Virus record (IMG/VR): IMGVR_UViG_3300031965_001336
Span: 1 to 35,356 of that record
Length of the DNA: 35,356 nucleotides
From: a virus
Lineage: Duplodnaviria > Caudoviricetes
Direction: 5' to 3' (one strand)
Positions within the stretch are counted from its first letter, which is position 1, and every line of letters starts with the position of its first letter. The notes beneath the pieces are model-generated. The model saw only the letters and a list, made by a program, of their open reading frames with translations, had not been told where the DNA came from and searched no databases. The position numbers were made by a program, and so were the translations under genes. Below, in pieces: positions 1 through 8,056 of this stretch.

Positions 1-1101
1 ATGCTGCGCCTGCTTCGGCGGCATCTGAAAGAGTGCAACCACCGCTCGACGAAATACCGCCGTTGCGCCTGCCCAATCCACGTCTACGGAACGCTCCGCG
101 GAGAAAAAATCAGGAAGTCCCTCGACCTCACGTCGTGGGAAGCGGCGTCGGAGCTCGTGAACGCGTGGACGGCCGCCGGGGAAATCGGCGTCGTGAAGCC
201 CGACGCGCCGAGCGTGAAAGAAGCGGTCGCGAGTTTCTTCGAGGACGCTGCGGCGCGGAAGCTCAAAGACGCGACGATCGGAAAATACAGGGTCCTCCTC
301 GAAAAGCAGCTGCTCCCCTGGTGCGCGGCGCGCGGGATCGTTCGCTTGAAGCAGCTCAGCGTCGATGAGCTCACGAAGTTCCGCGCATCCTGGCCGGACG
401 GCGCACTCTCGATGCGGAAGAAACAGGAACGGCTTGCCGCGTTCTTCCACTTCTGCCGTCAGCGCGAGTGGGTGAAGGGGAATCCGATTCTCTCGATCAA
501 GCTGCCCGAGGCGTCGTCCTCACCGACCCTCCCGTTCTCGCACGACGAGATGAAGAAGATCCTGGAGGCGCCCGAGCGTTATCCGACCAGAAACAGCTTC
601 GGGCACGACAACCGGGCGCGGGTCAAGGCGCTCCTGCTCCTCCTCCGGCACTCCGGGCTCCGCATCCGCGACGTGGTGTGCCTCCGGCGCGATCGGATCT
701 CCGACGATGGAAAGCTTTTCCTTTACACGCAGAAAACAGGAACGCCCGTCTGGCTGCCCCTGCCGCCCGAAGCGGTCGAGGCCCTCGGCGCGATCGAAAA
801 CGGCGGCGGCGATTTTTTCTTTTGGACCGGACGGGGCCTTGAAAAGAGCGCCGTAGCCGACTGGCAGCGCGCGCTTCGCCGATTGTTCAAACTCACCGAC
901 ATCGAAGGAGGGCACGCGCACCGCTTCCGGGACACGTTCGCGGTCGAACTCCTTCTCGTCGGCGTACCGATCGACACGGTTTCGATCCTCCTCGGACATT
1001 CGTCCGTGAAGATCACCGAGAAGCACTACGCCCCGTGGGTGAAGGCGAGACAGCTCAAGCTCGAAGCGGAGGTGCGGAAGGCCTGGAGGGTTTCCGCTTG
1101 A
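1..1101 (+). CDS. int: Tyrosine recombinase / phage integrase
   Basis: Catalytic motifs SGLRIRD, K in TQKTG, HRFRDT, LLGH and HY; N-terminal H/C-rich arm-binding-like segment. Confidence 0.95.
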   Translation: MLRLLRRHLKECNHRSTKYRRCACPIHVYGTLRGEKIRKSLDLTSWEAASELVNAWTAAGEIGVVKPDAPSVKEAVASFFEDAAARKLKDATIGKYRVLLEKQLLPWCAARGIVRLKQLSVDELTKFRASWPDGALSMRKKQERLAAFFHFCRQREWVKGNPILSIKLPEASSSPTLPFSHDEMKKILEAPERYPTRNSFGHDNRARVKALLLLLRHSGLRIRDVVCLRRDRISDDGKLFLYTQKTGTPVWLPLPPEAVEALGAIENGGGDFFFWTGRGLEKSAVADWQRALRRLFKLTDIEGGHAHRFRDTFAVELLLVGVPIDTVSILLGHSSVKITEKHYAPWVKARQLKLEAEVRKAWRVSA

Positions 1102-1354
1102 CATCGCCGAGTATTCGTGGGATGGTCGAGGTAAGTATGTTTATGGCAAGGACGGCAGTTGGAACAGATCGGAAGAGTCCTGGTTATATGCGCATGCTTG
1201 TCTGACATTTTTCCAAGCAAGGAATTCGGGATAGCAGCCGCAATCGGCGTGCTGATTTACGAGGCAGTCGGCTTTATCAAACACCACCAGAGGCCGACGA
1301 AAATCACGAAGCTCAATCTAAGAACGAAGCAAAGGCCGGCAAAACGCCGGCCTA

Positions 1355-1530
1355 AAATTTTTGCCGCCGATTTTTCCTTTTCTCCCTTACTAGTAACTAC
1401 GTCGTAGTAATAACAATACTTATTGTTATAGGAGTGTGTACAACTGCCCGATTCGGGCGTTTCAGTGAGGTTTTTCGCGGGTTCGGCCTGTGCACAGCGT
1501 GGGGATAAACGCGGGATAACGTGTTCGTAA
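1355..1530. other. AT-rich palindrome cluster with degenerate DnaA-type boxes (candidate origin or recombination site)
   Basis: Palindromes at 1387-1396, 1396-1408 and 1410-1429; TGTGTACAA 1435-1443, TGTGCACAG 1489-1497, TGGGGATAA 1500-1508. Confidence 0.4.
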
Positions 1531-1531
1531 A

Positions 1532-2200
1532 TCAGAGGAACCCGAACTTCCGCAGGATGTAGTGGTCCGAGATCGCGTGAATCGCCTTCGTCGCATGTCC
1601 CATCGCGTCCGTGAGGATGTCGAAGCTCTCGTGAATGAACTCCTCGATGTCGCGGTTCTCTCGGTCCGCCGTGAGCCCAATCCCTACTAGCTCCAGCGCG
1701 AATTTGAAGACCACGCGCGCCGACCGCTTTAGCTGACTCAGCTCGATGCCGATGACGCCCACGTGAGCGTCGCTCAACTTCTCGACCACGAACTTGGCTG
1801 TCTTGTGTAGAAAATGACCGCCATAGAGGTTCCGCTGGTCGCCGATGAACTCCGCCCTCTGGTTGAAGAACTTGATCGCGGCGTCCCACTCCTCCTGGTG
1901 CTCTGCGGGAAACGTCCCATAAAGGGCCTTCATCTCGCCGGTGCTGTTGATCTGATTCAGGGCGCCGCGGATCTCATCGATCGTCGCGAACGCCCGCCGG
2001 ACGAAGTAGAGCTCCCGATACTGCTTCCCGGCTTCGTCCAGGTCGGCGATCTCCCGGTTGGCGGAGCCGGCGACCTCGATTCGGAGGTCCTCGTAGAACA
2101 CGATGAGCCGTGCGAGCTGGATGTTGAATTCCTCGTCCGGCGTCTCAAAAAGGGGCCGGACTCGCTTCACTCTCGCTGTGTACTTCAGAGGACGCCCCAT
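1532..2200 (-). CDS. Hypothetical helical protein, candidate HEPN-family RNase
   Basis: 222-aa ORF with GGAGG SD; RNLYGGH matches the Rx4-6H motif in a helical-looking context. Confidence 0.55.
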   Translation of the reverse strand: MGRPLKYTARVKRVRPLFETPDEEFNIQLARLIVFYEDLRIEVAGSANREIADLDEAGKQYRELYFVRRAFATIDEIRGALNQINSTGEMKALYGTFPAEHQEEWDAAIKFFNQRAEFIGDQRNLYGGHFLHKTAKFVVEKLSDAHVGVIGIELSQLKRSARVVFKFALELVGIGLTADRENRDIEEFIHESFDILTDAMGHATKAIHAISDHYILRKFGFL

Positions 2201-2332
2201 CAGGACCTCCGCATTTCGCGTATAACGCTATTAGCCGGGTTTTCCGAGCAGGCGGGCACAACATTGTCCCGCACCGGGTGGAAACTGGCCTAAAACCGCC
2301 GATTTGGGTCGCTGTCGGAGAAGGACTGCTCG

Positions 2333-2404
2333 CGGGCCTGGGAGGAGTCGAACCTCCGTGCGAGACCGGTTTTGGAGACCGGGCAGTCGCCGAGACTCAG
2401 GCCC
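2333..2404 (-). tRNA. trnW: tRNA-Trp(CCA)-like with reduced D-arm, no encoded CCA end
   Basis: Acceptor GGGCCTG/CAGGCCC plus G discriminator; anticodon arm CCGGT-CTCCAAA-ACCGG; T-arm GGAGG-TTCGACT-CCTCC; D-arm AGTC-TCGGC-GACT. Confidence 0.85.
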
Positions 2405-2408
2405 CGAC

Positions 2409-2762
2409 CTACTCGTCCCAGGGCGCGAAACCGATTCGGCGCCTGGGCGGGTCTGGTGCGTCGGCAGGTTCGAGATCTGTGAGCGTCCAGCGGGGTGACG
2501 GCCTCAGCCACATCGAATCAGCGAGCGGGATCTCGAACGGCCGGTGAGACTCGACTTCCGCGATGAGCCTCTCGCGCTCACGAAACGCTCTGTCCGCTGC
2601 GGCGAACGCATCCGAGACCCACGGCTGCGACAGGATCTTCTGAGCCTCGACCATGGCCGGCGCGTAGGCGCGGTACATCTTCTCGACCTCGACCCAGTCG
2701 ATGCTCGCCCTGATCCTCTCAACCTCCTGGGCCGCTCTCAGCACCGTCGCGATCGTGCTCAT
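2409..2762 (-). CDS. Hypothetical protein ending RRRIGFAPWDE; probably co-transcribed with the tRNA
   Basis: GGAGG SD before ATG 2762; extended -10 TGATAAAAT upstream; stop lies 4 nt before the tRNA. Confidence 0.65.
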   Translation of the reverse strand: MSTIATVLRAAQEVERIRASIDWVEVEKMYRAYAPAMVEAQKILSQPWVSDAFAAADRAFRERERLIAEVESHRPFEIPLADSMWLRPSPRWTLTDLEPADAPDPPRRRIGFAPWDE

Positions 2763-2814
2763 TGAACCCTCCGTCACAGGCAATTTTATCACGCGCTCTG
2801 GTTGGAGTCCGGTT

Positions 2815-2844
2815 AAAAACAGGCCCCACCATCAGGTAGGGCCT
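2815..2844 (-). terminator. Intrinsic terminator of the DUF932/JAB operon
   Basis: Minus strand AGGCCCTACC-TGAT-GGTGGGGCCT followed by GTTTTT. Confidence 0.75.
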
Positions 2845-2892
2845 TTCTCGCTCAGACTGGAGCGAGACAGTGCGGTCGATCGGGACCGCAGG

Positions 2893-3195
2893 TTACGTGC
2901 GAGCCTCCGCCGCTTCCTCGTACTCGGCGTAGGCGGCGAGCACGAGTTCTCTCACGCGCTCCTGCGCGGCCGTGTCCACGACCGGCCGGAGCAGCGCGAA
3001 CGACCTGCGCTCACCGTTCACCGAATACTGGCGAGCGGGGAACGTCACGTTCCGGCCGCTGCCGGTCCGCCGTTCCCAGATCGCGAAGCCGATCAGCTTG
3101 AGCCCTTCGAGCGGGCCTTCGGTGAAATGCAGCTCCGCGTCGCCGAGCTTGCCGGGGGGATTGCCTTTCTCGTTCGGAGTGATTTTGACGATCAC
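2893..3195 (-). CDS. Hypothetical protein, possibly SpoVG-like nucleic-acid-binding fold
   Basis: 100 aa, AAGGAG SD, GTGA overlap with the upstream stop; beta-strands then helix with a VTFPAR motif reminiscent of SpoVG. Confidence 0.6.
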   Translation of the reverse strand: MIVKITPNEKGNPPGKLGDAELHFTEGPLEGLKLIGFAIWERRTGSGRNVTFPARQYSVNGERRSFALLRPVVDTAAQERVRELVLAAYAEYEEAAEART

Positions 3196-3635
3196 AGTTT
3201 GGCTCCTTCCTTGAAGCTGTAGTAGTGGTTGTCGTGCCCGATGATCACGTGGTCGAGGAGATCGATTCCGAGGAGACCGCCGGCCTGCGCGAGCCGCGCG
3301 GTCAGCTCCACGTCGTCCATACTGGGCATCGGATCGCCCGAAGGGTGGTTGTGGCCGACGCAGATCGTCGCGGCGTTGCCGAGGATTGCCGCCTTGTAGA
3401 CTTCGCGCGGGTGCGCGTGCGTCGCGTCAATCGTCCCGCGCGAGACTTCGTGGTAGGCGATCACCCGCAGCTTCGTCGTCAGCAAGACGACGACGAACAC
3501 CTCCACCGGCTCGTTTTCGAGAATCGGTCGGAGGAACTCGGCGGCTTCCCTGGGGACTTTTAGGATTCTGCGGGCGTCGAAGGTTGGCAGGTCTTGGCGG
3601 GGGCGGTACTCGATACGCAGTTCTCTGACTCTCAA
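3192..3635 (-). CDS. RadC-like JAB/MPN domain protein (TTG start)
   Basis: E...HPREVYK and HNHPSGDPMPSMDD...LLDHVII motifs; AAGGAGGTGA SD before TTG 3635; the track ORF is over-extended into the upstream gene. Confidence 0.92.
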   Translation of the reverse strand: MRVRELRIEYRPRQDLPTFDARRILKVPREAAEFLRPILENEPVEVFVVVLLTTKLRVIAYHEVSRGTIDATHAHPREVYKAAILGNAATICVGHNHPSGDPMPSMDDVELTARLAQAGGLLGIDLLDHVIIGHDNHYYSFKEGAKL

Positions 3636-3651
3636 TAACTCATCACCTCCT

Positions 3652-4368
3652 TCAGTTGTAGCGGGCGAGAAACGGGGCGAGCTTGGCCGTCGCCTGGAAC
3701 CTGCGGACGGGCTCGAGCGCCTGAAATGCAGAAGTGAAGGCGTTGGAGAGCGAGAACATCGTCCGCGGCTCAAACTCTGCGTACTTCGGCCGGAAGTAGT
3801 TCTCGTGAACCTCTCGCGCGAGTTTGCGCGGAGCGTGGAGCTCGCCGGCGATGAAGGCGTCGTAAATGACCCCCTTCGCCCGAGTGTCCGGCAGCTCGAA
3901 GCCCTTCCAGGCATCGATCTGCCTCTTCATCGGCTCGAAGTGTCGCTGCATCCGGGTGATCGCGAAGTCCACCACTTCCACGACATCCAGGTTCTTGGAG
4001 TGCTTCCTGGTCACTGGGGTGAAATCGCCGTGGAACGCCAGGTTGTCGCAGACGAATACGCGGTAGCCCACGGTGAGCCCGAGGGAGAACGTCTTGTCGT
4101 GCGAGTTCCGGCAGCCGATGGCGAACCGGACTCCGGATTCCTCCACGCCGACTTCGAGGACGCCGAACATCCGCATTCCGTCCGGCGTAACCGCGTACTG
4201 GTCCCGCACGACTTCCAGGTTGCGCAGGCCGAACGATTCAACGATTGCCTGCACGATCTGGTGGTGTGGAATCGGCTTCCACGTTTCCGTGGCTTCCGGA
4301 GTGGCGATCGCGAGTAGCTCCTGCCGGCCGACGAGTTCCGTGCCTGCGTGCGAAATTAGTCCTTCCAT
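3652..4368 (-). CDS. DUF932/DUF945-like protein of mobile elements
   Basis: TPEATETWKPIPH, RNSHDKT and GYRVFVCDNLAF motifs; AAGGAG SD. Confidence 0.85.
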   Translation of the reverse strand: MEGLISHAGTELVGRQELLAIATPEATETWKPIPHHQIVQAIVESFGLRNLEVVRDQYAVTPDGMRMFGVLEVGVEESGVRFAIGCRNSHDKTFSLGLTVGYRVFVCDNLAFHGDFTPVTRKHSKNLDVVEVVDFAITRMQRHFEPMKRQIDAWKGFELPDTRAKGVIYDAFIAGELHAPRKLAREVHENYFRPKYAEFEPRTMFSLSNAFTSAFQALEPVRRFQATAKLAPFLARYN

Positions 4369-4405
4369 CAGTTCATCTCCTTTTTGCGGGATTGACGAGA
4401 TCTGA

Positions 4406-4621
4406 TCACGCGACCTCCCAGTCCGCGACCGCCTCGCGAAGACGCCGGAGCGCCTCCTGAACGTCCTCTGCGGTCGCTGAACGCAGGGCCGCGTGGTAGT
4501 GCTGGAGCCCTTCGAGCGGCTCGAAGTTCACGGTGCTCTCGAGCTCGTCCAAGAGCGCGTTGCCGATCGCGCGGAAGTCGAGCGCCGTGGCTCTCGTCCC
4601 GCGCATCACTCTTGCGCACAT
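4406..4621 (-). CDS. Hypothetical protein, first gene of the accessory operon
   Basis: GAGGTGA SD before ATG 4621; helical 71-aa ORF. Confidence 0.6.
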   Translation of the reverse strand: MCARVMRGTRATALDFRAIGNALLDELESTVNFEPLEGLQHYHAALRSATAEDVQEALRRLREAVADWEVA

Positions 4622-4716
4622 AGGGATCACCTCTTTTCTGTTTTGAATTGTGAAGGTGCGAAGGGGTCAGTCCCCCTCAGGCCCGGACTGAATTGACGAG
4701 TTGATAAGGAAACAAC

Positions 4717-4921
4717 TGTCCGGGCGTGAGGAGGCGGGACCCTCCGAACTGGCGGCTTCCCTCGGGAGTGCCGCACGGGCGCATGTCGGACCCGTGTGTT
4801 CGGCGATCGAATCGGGGCTTACTCCCTTCCGCTCCGGAAAAGGAAAATCAAAACGGAGCGGCTGCCTCTATAGGGGTCAGGGAAACGCGCCAGGTCGGAG
4901 GGCCGGACAAGGTATCCGGCC
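4717..4921. ncRNA. Multi-stem structured element (RNA or ssDNA), unassigned
   Basis: 4740-4754 pairs with 4888-4902; 4717-4723 with 4903-4909; inner hairpins including 4829-4836/4854-4861. Confidence 0.5.
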
Positions 4922-4929
4922 GCGCCGCG

Positions 4930-5154
4930 CTACGGGATGTCGAAGTTCCAGCGGATCTTGAGCCAGTTTACGAGCATCACCAAGAGCGCGCCGACGGTGA
5001 TCTTCCCCGGAATCGTAGCAATCAGCAGGTCCACGATCCGCACGTCCGCGATCGCGGGGAAGTTGCTGACGAACGATGTCACGAGAAAGGCGAGGCCGAA
5101 GAGCACTGCGTACTTCACGCCCTTCCCGAGGTTCATCCAATAAGAAAATCTCAT
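4930..5154 (-). CDS. Putative holin (two hydrophobic segments)
   Basis: 74-aa membrane protein directly downstream of the endolysin. Confidence 0.6.
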   Translation of the reverse strand: MRFSYWMNLGKGVKYAVLFGLAFLVTSFVSNFPAIADVRIVDLLIATIPGKITVGALLVMLVNWLKIRWNFDIP

Positions 5155-5178
5155 CGTGGTTATGAAGCGTTGCGACCT

Positions 5179-5742
5179 TTACTTCAGTCCTAAAGCGATC
5201 TTGAGCTTCAGGATCAGTGACCGGAGAGTGTCGAGGAGCGAGATGAGCTTCTGGATCTCCGCCTGCTTCGCGGCTTGAGCTTCTTCTTTCCGCGGAGGGT
5301 CGAGGAGCCGCTCGCCCCAGTCGTCGTGGAGCAGCGAGCCGGCACAAGTTTTCCAGGGCGTGAAGTGCCGGTGGTGGTAGACCATCGTCGTCAGATTCGG
5401 GTATCGGTCGAGCCACTTCTTCAGCCGCGCCTTTAGCGTTTCAATCTGCGCCGCGGTCGGGAACTCGATGTCGAAGTCCCCGGCGAGGCAGACGGCGAGC
5501 GATTGCACGTTCATCGACTTCCCGTCGGTGAGCTGGTTGCAATGCGCGCCTTCCTCGAAGTCTTCCCGATACTTGAACTCCGTCCCGTCCGCTTCGATGA
5601 AGATGTGATAGCCGCCGTAGTAGCCGAGCGTGCTCTTCGGAAAGGCGAGGGATTTGTGGTAGGCGTTCACGGCCCAGAACTGCGGGCCGGTTTTCAGCGG
5701 AGCGTCGGTGCAGTGGATCAGGACGTACTTCGGGTCGTTCAT
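5179..5742 (-). CDS. Endolysin, N-acetylmuramoyl-L-alanine amidase (Amidase_2 / T7-lysozyme-like)
   Basis: IHCT, GYH, GAHC, VCLAGDF and HH...KTC Zn-amidase motifs; amphipathic C-terminal helix. Confidence 0.92.
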   Translation of the reverse strand: MNDPKYVLIHCTDAPLKTGPQFWAVNAYHKSLAFPKSTLGYYGGYHIFIEADGTEFKYREDFEEGAHCNQLTDGKSMNVQSLAVCLAGDFDIEFPTAAQIETLKARLKKWLDRYPNLTTMVYHHRHFTPWKTCAGSLLHDDWGERLLDPPRKEEAQAAKQAEIQKLISLLDTLRSLILKLKIALGLK

Positions 5743-5789
5743 CTCCTAATTCATCGTAGAACTCCAGCGGGAAAGCACAAGTCCGCTTC

Positions 5790-5978
5790 TTACCACCGAA
5801 ATTTGTCCTTGATGAAGGACCACAAGAACGAGGCGACCACCGCGACGCCGGCCGCCCAGCCGTAGACCCAGTCAAGGCGCGACTTGATCGTCTTCACGTC
5901 CTGTCTGAGCTCCTTCAGCTCACTCAAGACCATCTCCCAAGCCTTCCCTTTGTAGAACTCTTCGTTTTCGGGCATCAC
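5790..5978 (-). CDS. Small coiled-coil plus C-terminal TM protein, holin-like
   Basis: 62 aa, coiled coil then hydrophobic helix; upstream of the endolysin; overlaps the upstream stop. Confidence 0.6.
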   Translation of the reverse strand: MMPENEEFYKGKAWEMVLSELKELRQDVKTIKSRLDWVYGWAAGVAVVASFLWSFIKDKFRW

Positions 5979-6622
5979 AGGCCGGTCGGGTTGAATGCGG
6001 CCCTTTGTTTTCTCTTCGGCGCTCCACCGAGCGGCAGCGCTTCAGGGGTCGAGACGTAGCCTGCGGGAGCGCCTCCTGGCCGTCGCGCGAGCGACGCGAG
6101 AAGCGCGCTCTGCGGGACCAGCGCTCCGAGGTTCTGTCCTGGGTCGTTCCGTTGAACCCCAAGCGGCGGCTGCGGGGTCGGAACGGGCGCGGACCCTGCG
6201 CCTGGAGCAACCGGTGCCATAGGAGAAACTGCGGGAGGCGTCGGAACGACCGCGCGACTTGTCCGCGTCTGCGAGGGAAGGAGACTCGAGAGCGCCGCAG
6301 GCGACACGGCCGTCGCGCTCTGCGGCGGCGTCTGCGGGGGGATCGGTGTTTGCGGCACGTAGCCGGCCGGGAAGTCTTGAAGCCGTTCCGCACCCGTGAT
6401 GTTCCCGAGAAGATTCCCGATGAACTCCTGCGGTCGCCTGAGCACGTCCGCGAATGACTGCTTCGGATTGCCGAAGAGCGTCGCGGCGGTCGTCGCCGCG
6501 GCCCGGAGCTGCGGAGGAAGGAACTTACTCGCCACGGCGAAGATCCCGGCCGACTTTGCGGTCCGGCCGAGGTCCTGAAGGGCCTGCGGGCTGACGAGAC
6601 TCCGATTTTCTGATTGCGGCAT
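5975..6622 (-). CDS. Pro/Ala-rich protein, putative internal virion (ejection) protein
   Basis: 215-aa low-complexity ORF at the end of the virion module. Confidence 0.5.
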   Translation of the reverse strand: MPQSENRSLVSPQALQDLGRTAKSAGIFAVASKFLPPQLRAAATTAATLFGNPKQSFADVLRRPQEFIGNLLGNITGAERLQDFPAGYVPQTPIPPQTPPQSATAVSPAALSSLLPSQTRTSRAVVPTPPAVSPMAPVAPGAGSAPVPTPQPPLGVQRNDPGQNLGALVPQSALLASLARRPGGAPAGYVSTPEALPLGGAPKRKQRAAFNPTGL

Positions 6623-6646
6623 TTCTTTGGTGAATTGGTTTCGACC

Positions 6647-8056
6647 TTACTGATTGGCCTCCGAGAGCGATCCGGTGAGGACCGCCTTTCGGGTTGGATA
6701 GCGGAGGGGGCTTGCGACGTTCAGGACTGCTTGGAGGTACGGATTTTGTCCGCCGATCCGGAGGGAAGGCAGGTTGCCTTTCGAGGTCTTGTAGAGGATC
6801 TGCGCGAGCGCTGATTTCACGCCGGGATGGTCCATCACGGTCGCGAGCAGCACCTTCGGGTTCGCCGCGAGCGCGATCGTGCTCTTGAGTCCGAGCACGT
6901 CGCGGTTCCCGGTTCTCCGCACCGCGTCCTCTAGCGCGTCTTCAAGCGCGATGAGCCGGGTGTCACGCGCGTTCAGTTCGCCGATTTCGGGCACTTGCCG
7001 GGCGATCTCTTCCTTGATGCCGCGGGCGAGCGCCTTCTCCGTTTCGATGCCCGCGGTCCGTTCCTGTCCGTACTTGCCGCGCAGCTCTCGATACGTGCCG
7101 CTCTTGAGCTTTTGCGCCTCATCCACGGGAATGCGGGTAGGAACGCGCGCGTCCGGATTCGTCTTGCTCGGACGGGAATGCTGCGGATGAGTGAGGAAGT
7201 CCTGGATCTTCCGGTCGATCGCAGAGAGATCCTCTTGGGGGCTCACCTGTTCACTGAATCGTTCCTTGAGTCCCTTCGTGCGCTTCACGACCGTTCGCGG
7301 GTCAACGAGCACGCCCCGGTCCTTCGCGCCGCCGATGCTCTCGGTGATCCGCGTGTTCACGTCCTCGATCCGCCCCTGGACTTTCTCAAGACCCCTCGGG
7401 CTTACTGTCACGCCCTCCTCAAGCCCCGCGCGCACGACATCCACTTTCGGGTGGGCTTTCTGAACCGACTTGCTCGGCTTGAGCGAGCTCCCGAAGAGCC
7501 GGACGGCCGTGTTCTCGACCCTTGGAGCGACCAGAGCGGATTTCGCAGCAGTCGCCGCGACGTTGCGGGGTAGGAGAAGCGGATCTGTCACTCCGGACAC
7601 TTTCGTTGCGATCTCTCCGCCCCTGCCGAGCGAGCCCACCTTCGATACCGTTCCGGCGCCCTTCAAGAGAGCGCCCGCACCGCCGGCAACCGTCGAGAGG
7701 TCCGCGAGAAACCCGACCGGGTCTTGGTAAAGCGTCTTGCCGACGTTCTCAAGTCCGCCGTAGCGCTCCTTGAAGTGTTCGCCGAGCGTGTCCGCGTACT
7801 TCTCGTGCTCTTGCTCTCCGGGAACGAGCTTCTCCAGCGCGCCGAGACCGAGCGATCCGAGACCCTTCACTGTTTGGACCGGGTTGGTCACCGTGTCGAA
7901 GATGCTCTTGAGGAAATTGCCGCCGCTTGACGCAACGTTTCCAAAAAACCCGCCGACACTGCGCGGTTCCGAGGCATCGGCTGCCGCGGATTGCAGTCTC
8001 GCGGCCGTCCGGCCCGTTCCTGCTCCTCCCTGTAGGCGTTGTAGAGTGCGTCCCAT
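6647..8056 (-). CDS. Putative ejection / DNA-transfer protein
   Basis: 469 aa with Gly/Ala-rich N-half and helical C-half; podovirus position after tail genes; TAATG coupling. Confidence 0.6.
   Translation of the reverse strand: MGRTLQRLQGGAGTGRTAARLQSAAADASEPRSVGGFFGNVASSGGNFLKSIFDTVTNPVQTVKGLGSLGLGALEKLVPGEQEHEKYADTLGEHFKERYGGLENVGKTLYQDPVGFLADLSTVAGGAGALLKGAGTVSKVGSLGRGGEIATKVSGVTDPLLLPRNVAATAAKSALVAPRVENTAVRLFGSSLKPSKSVQKAHPKVDVVRAGLEEGVTVSPRGLEKVQGRIEDVNTRITESIGGAKDRGVLVDPRTVVKRTKGLKERFSEQVSPQEDLSAIDRKIQDFLTHPQHSRPSKTNPDARVPTRIPVDEAQKLKSGTYRELRGKYGQERTAGIETEKALARGIKEEIARQVPEIGELNARDTRLIALEDALEDAVRRTGNRDVLGLKSTIALAANPKVLLATVMDHPGVKSALAQILYKTSKGNLPSLRIGGQNPYLQAVLNVASPLRYPTRKAVLTGSLSEANQ

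Noticed and set aside
1159-1407. 82-aa plus-strand ORF after the integrase
   Set aside because: TTG start with no convincing SD, and it runs into the palindromic AT-rich site; cannot be supported
3632-3643. Mini-ORF ATG AGT TAT TGA overlapping the TTG start of the JAB gene
   Set aside because: The ATG abuts the SD, while the TTG has normal spacing from a strong SD; likely coincidental
4752-4775. GGCACT...GGGAAGCC resembling part of a cobalamin riboswitch
   Set aside because: Other core elements and the B12 box are not found in the right order
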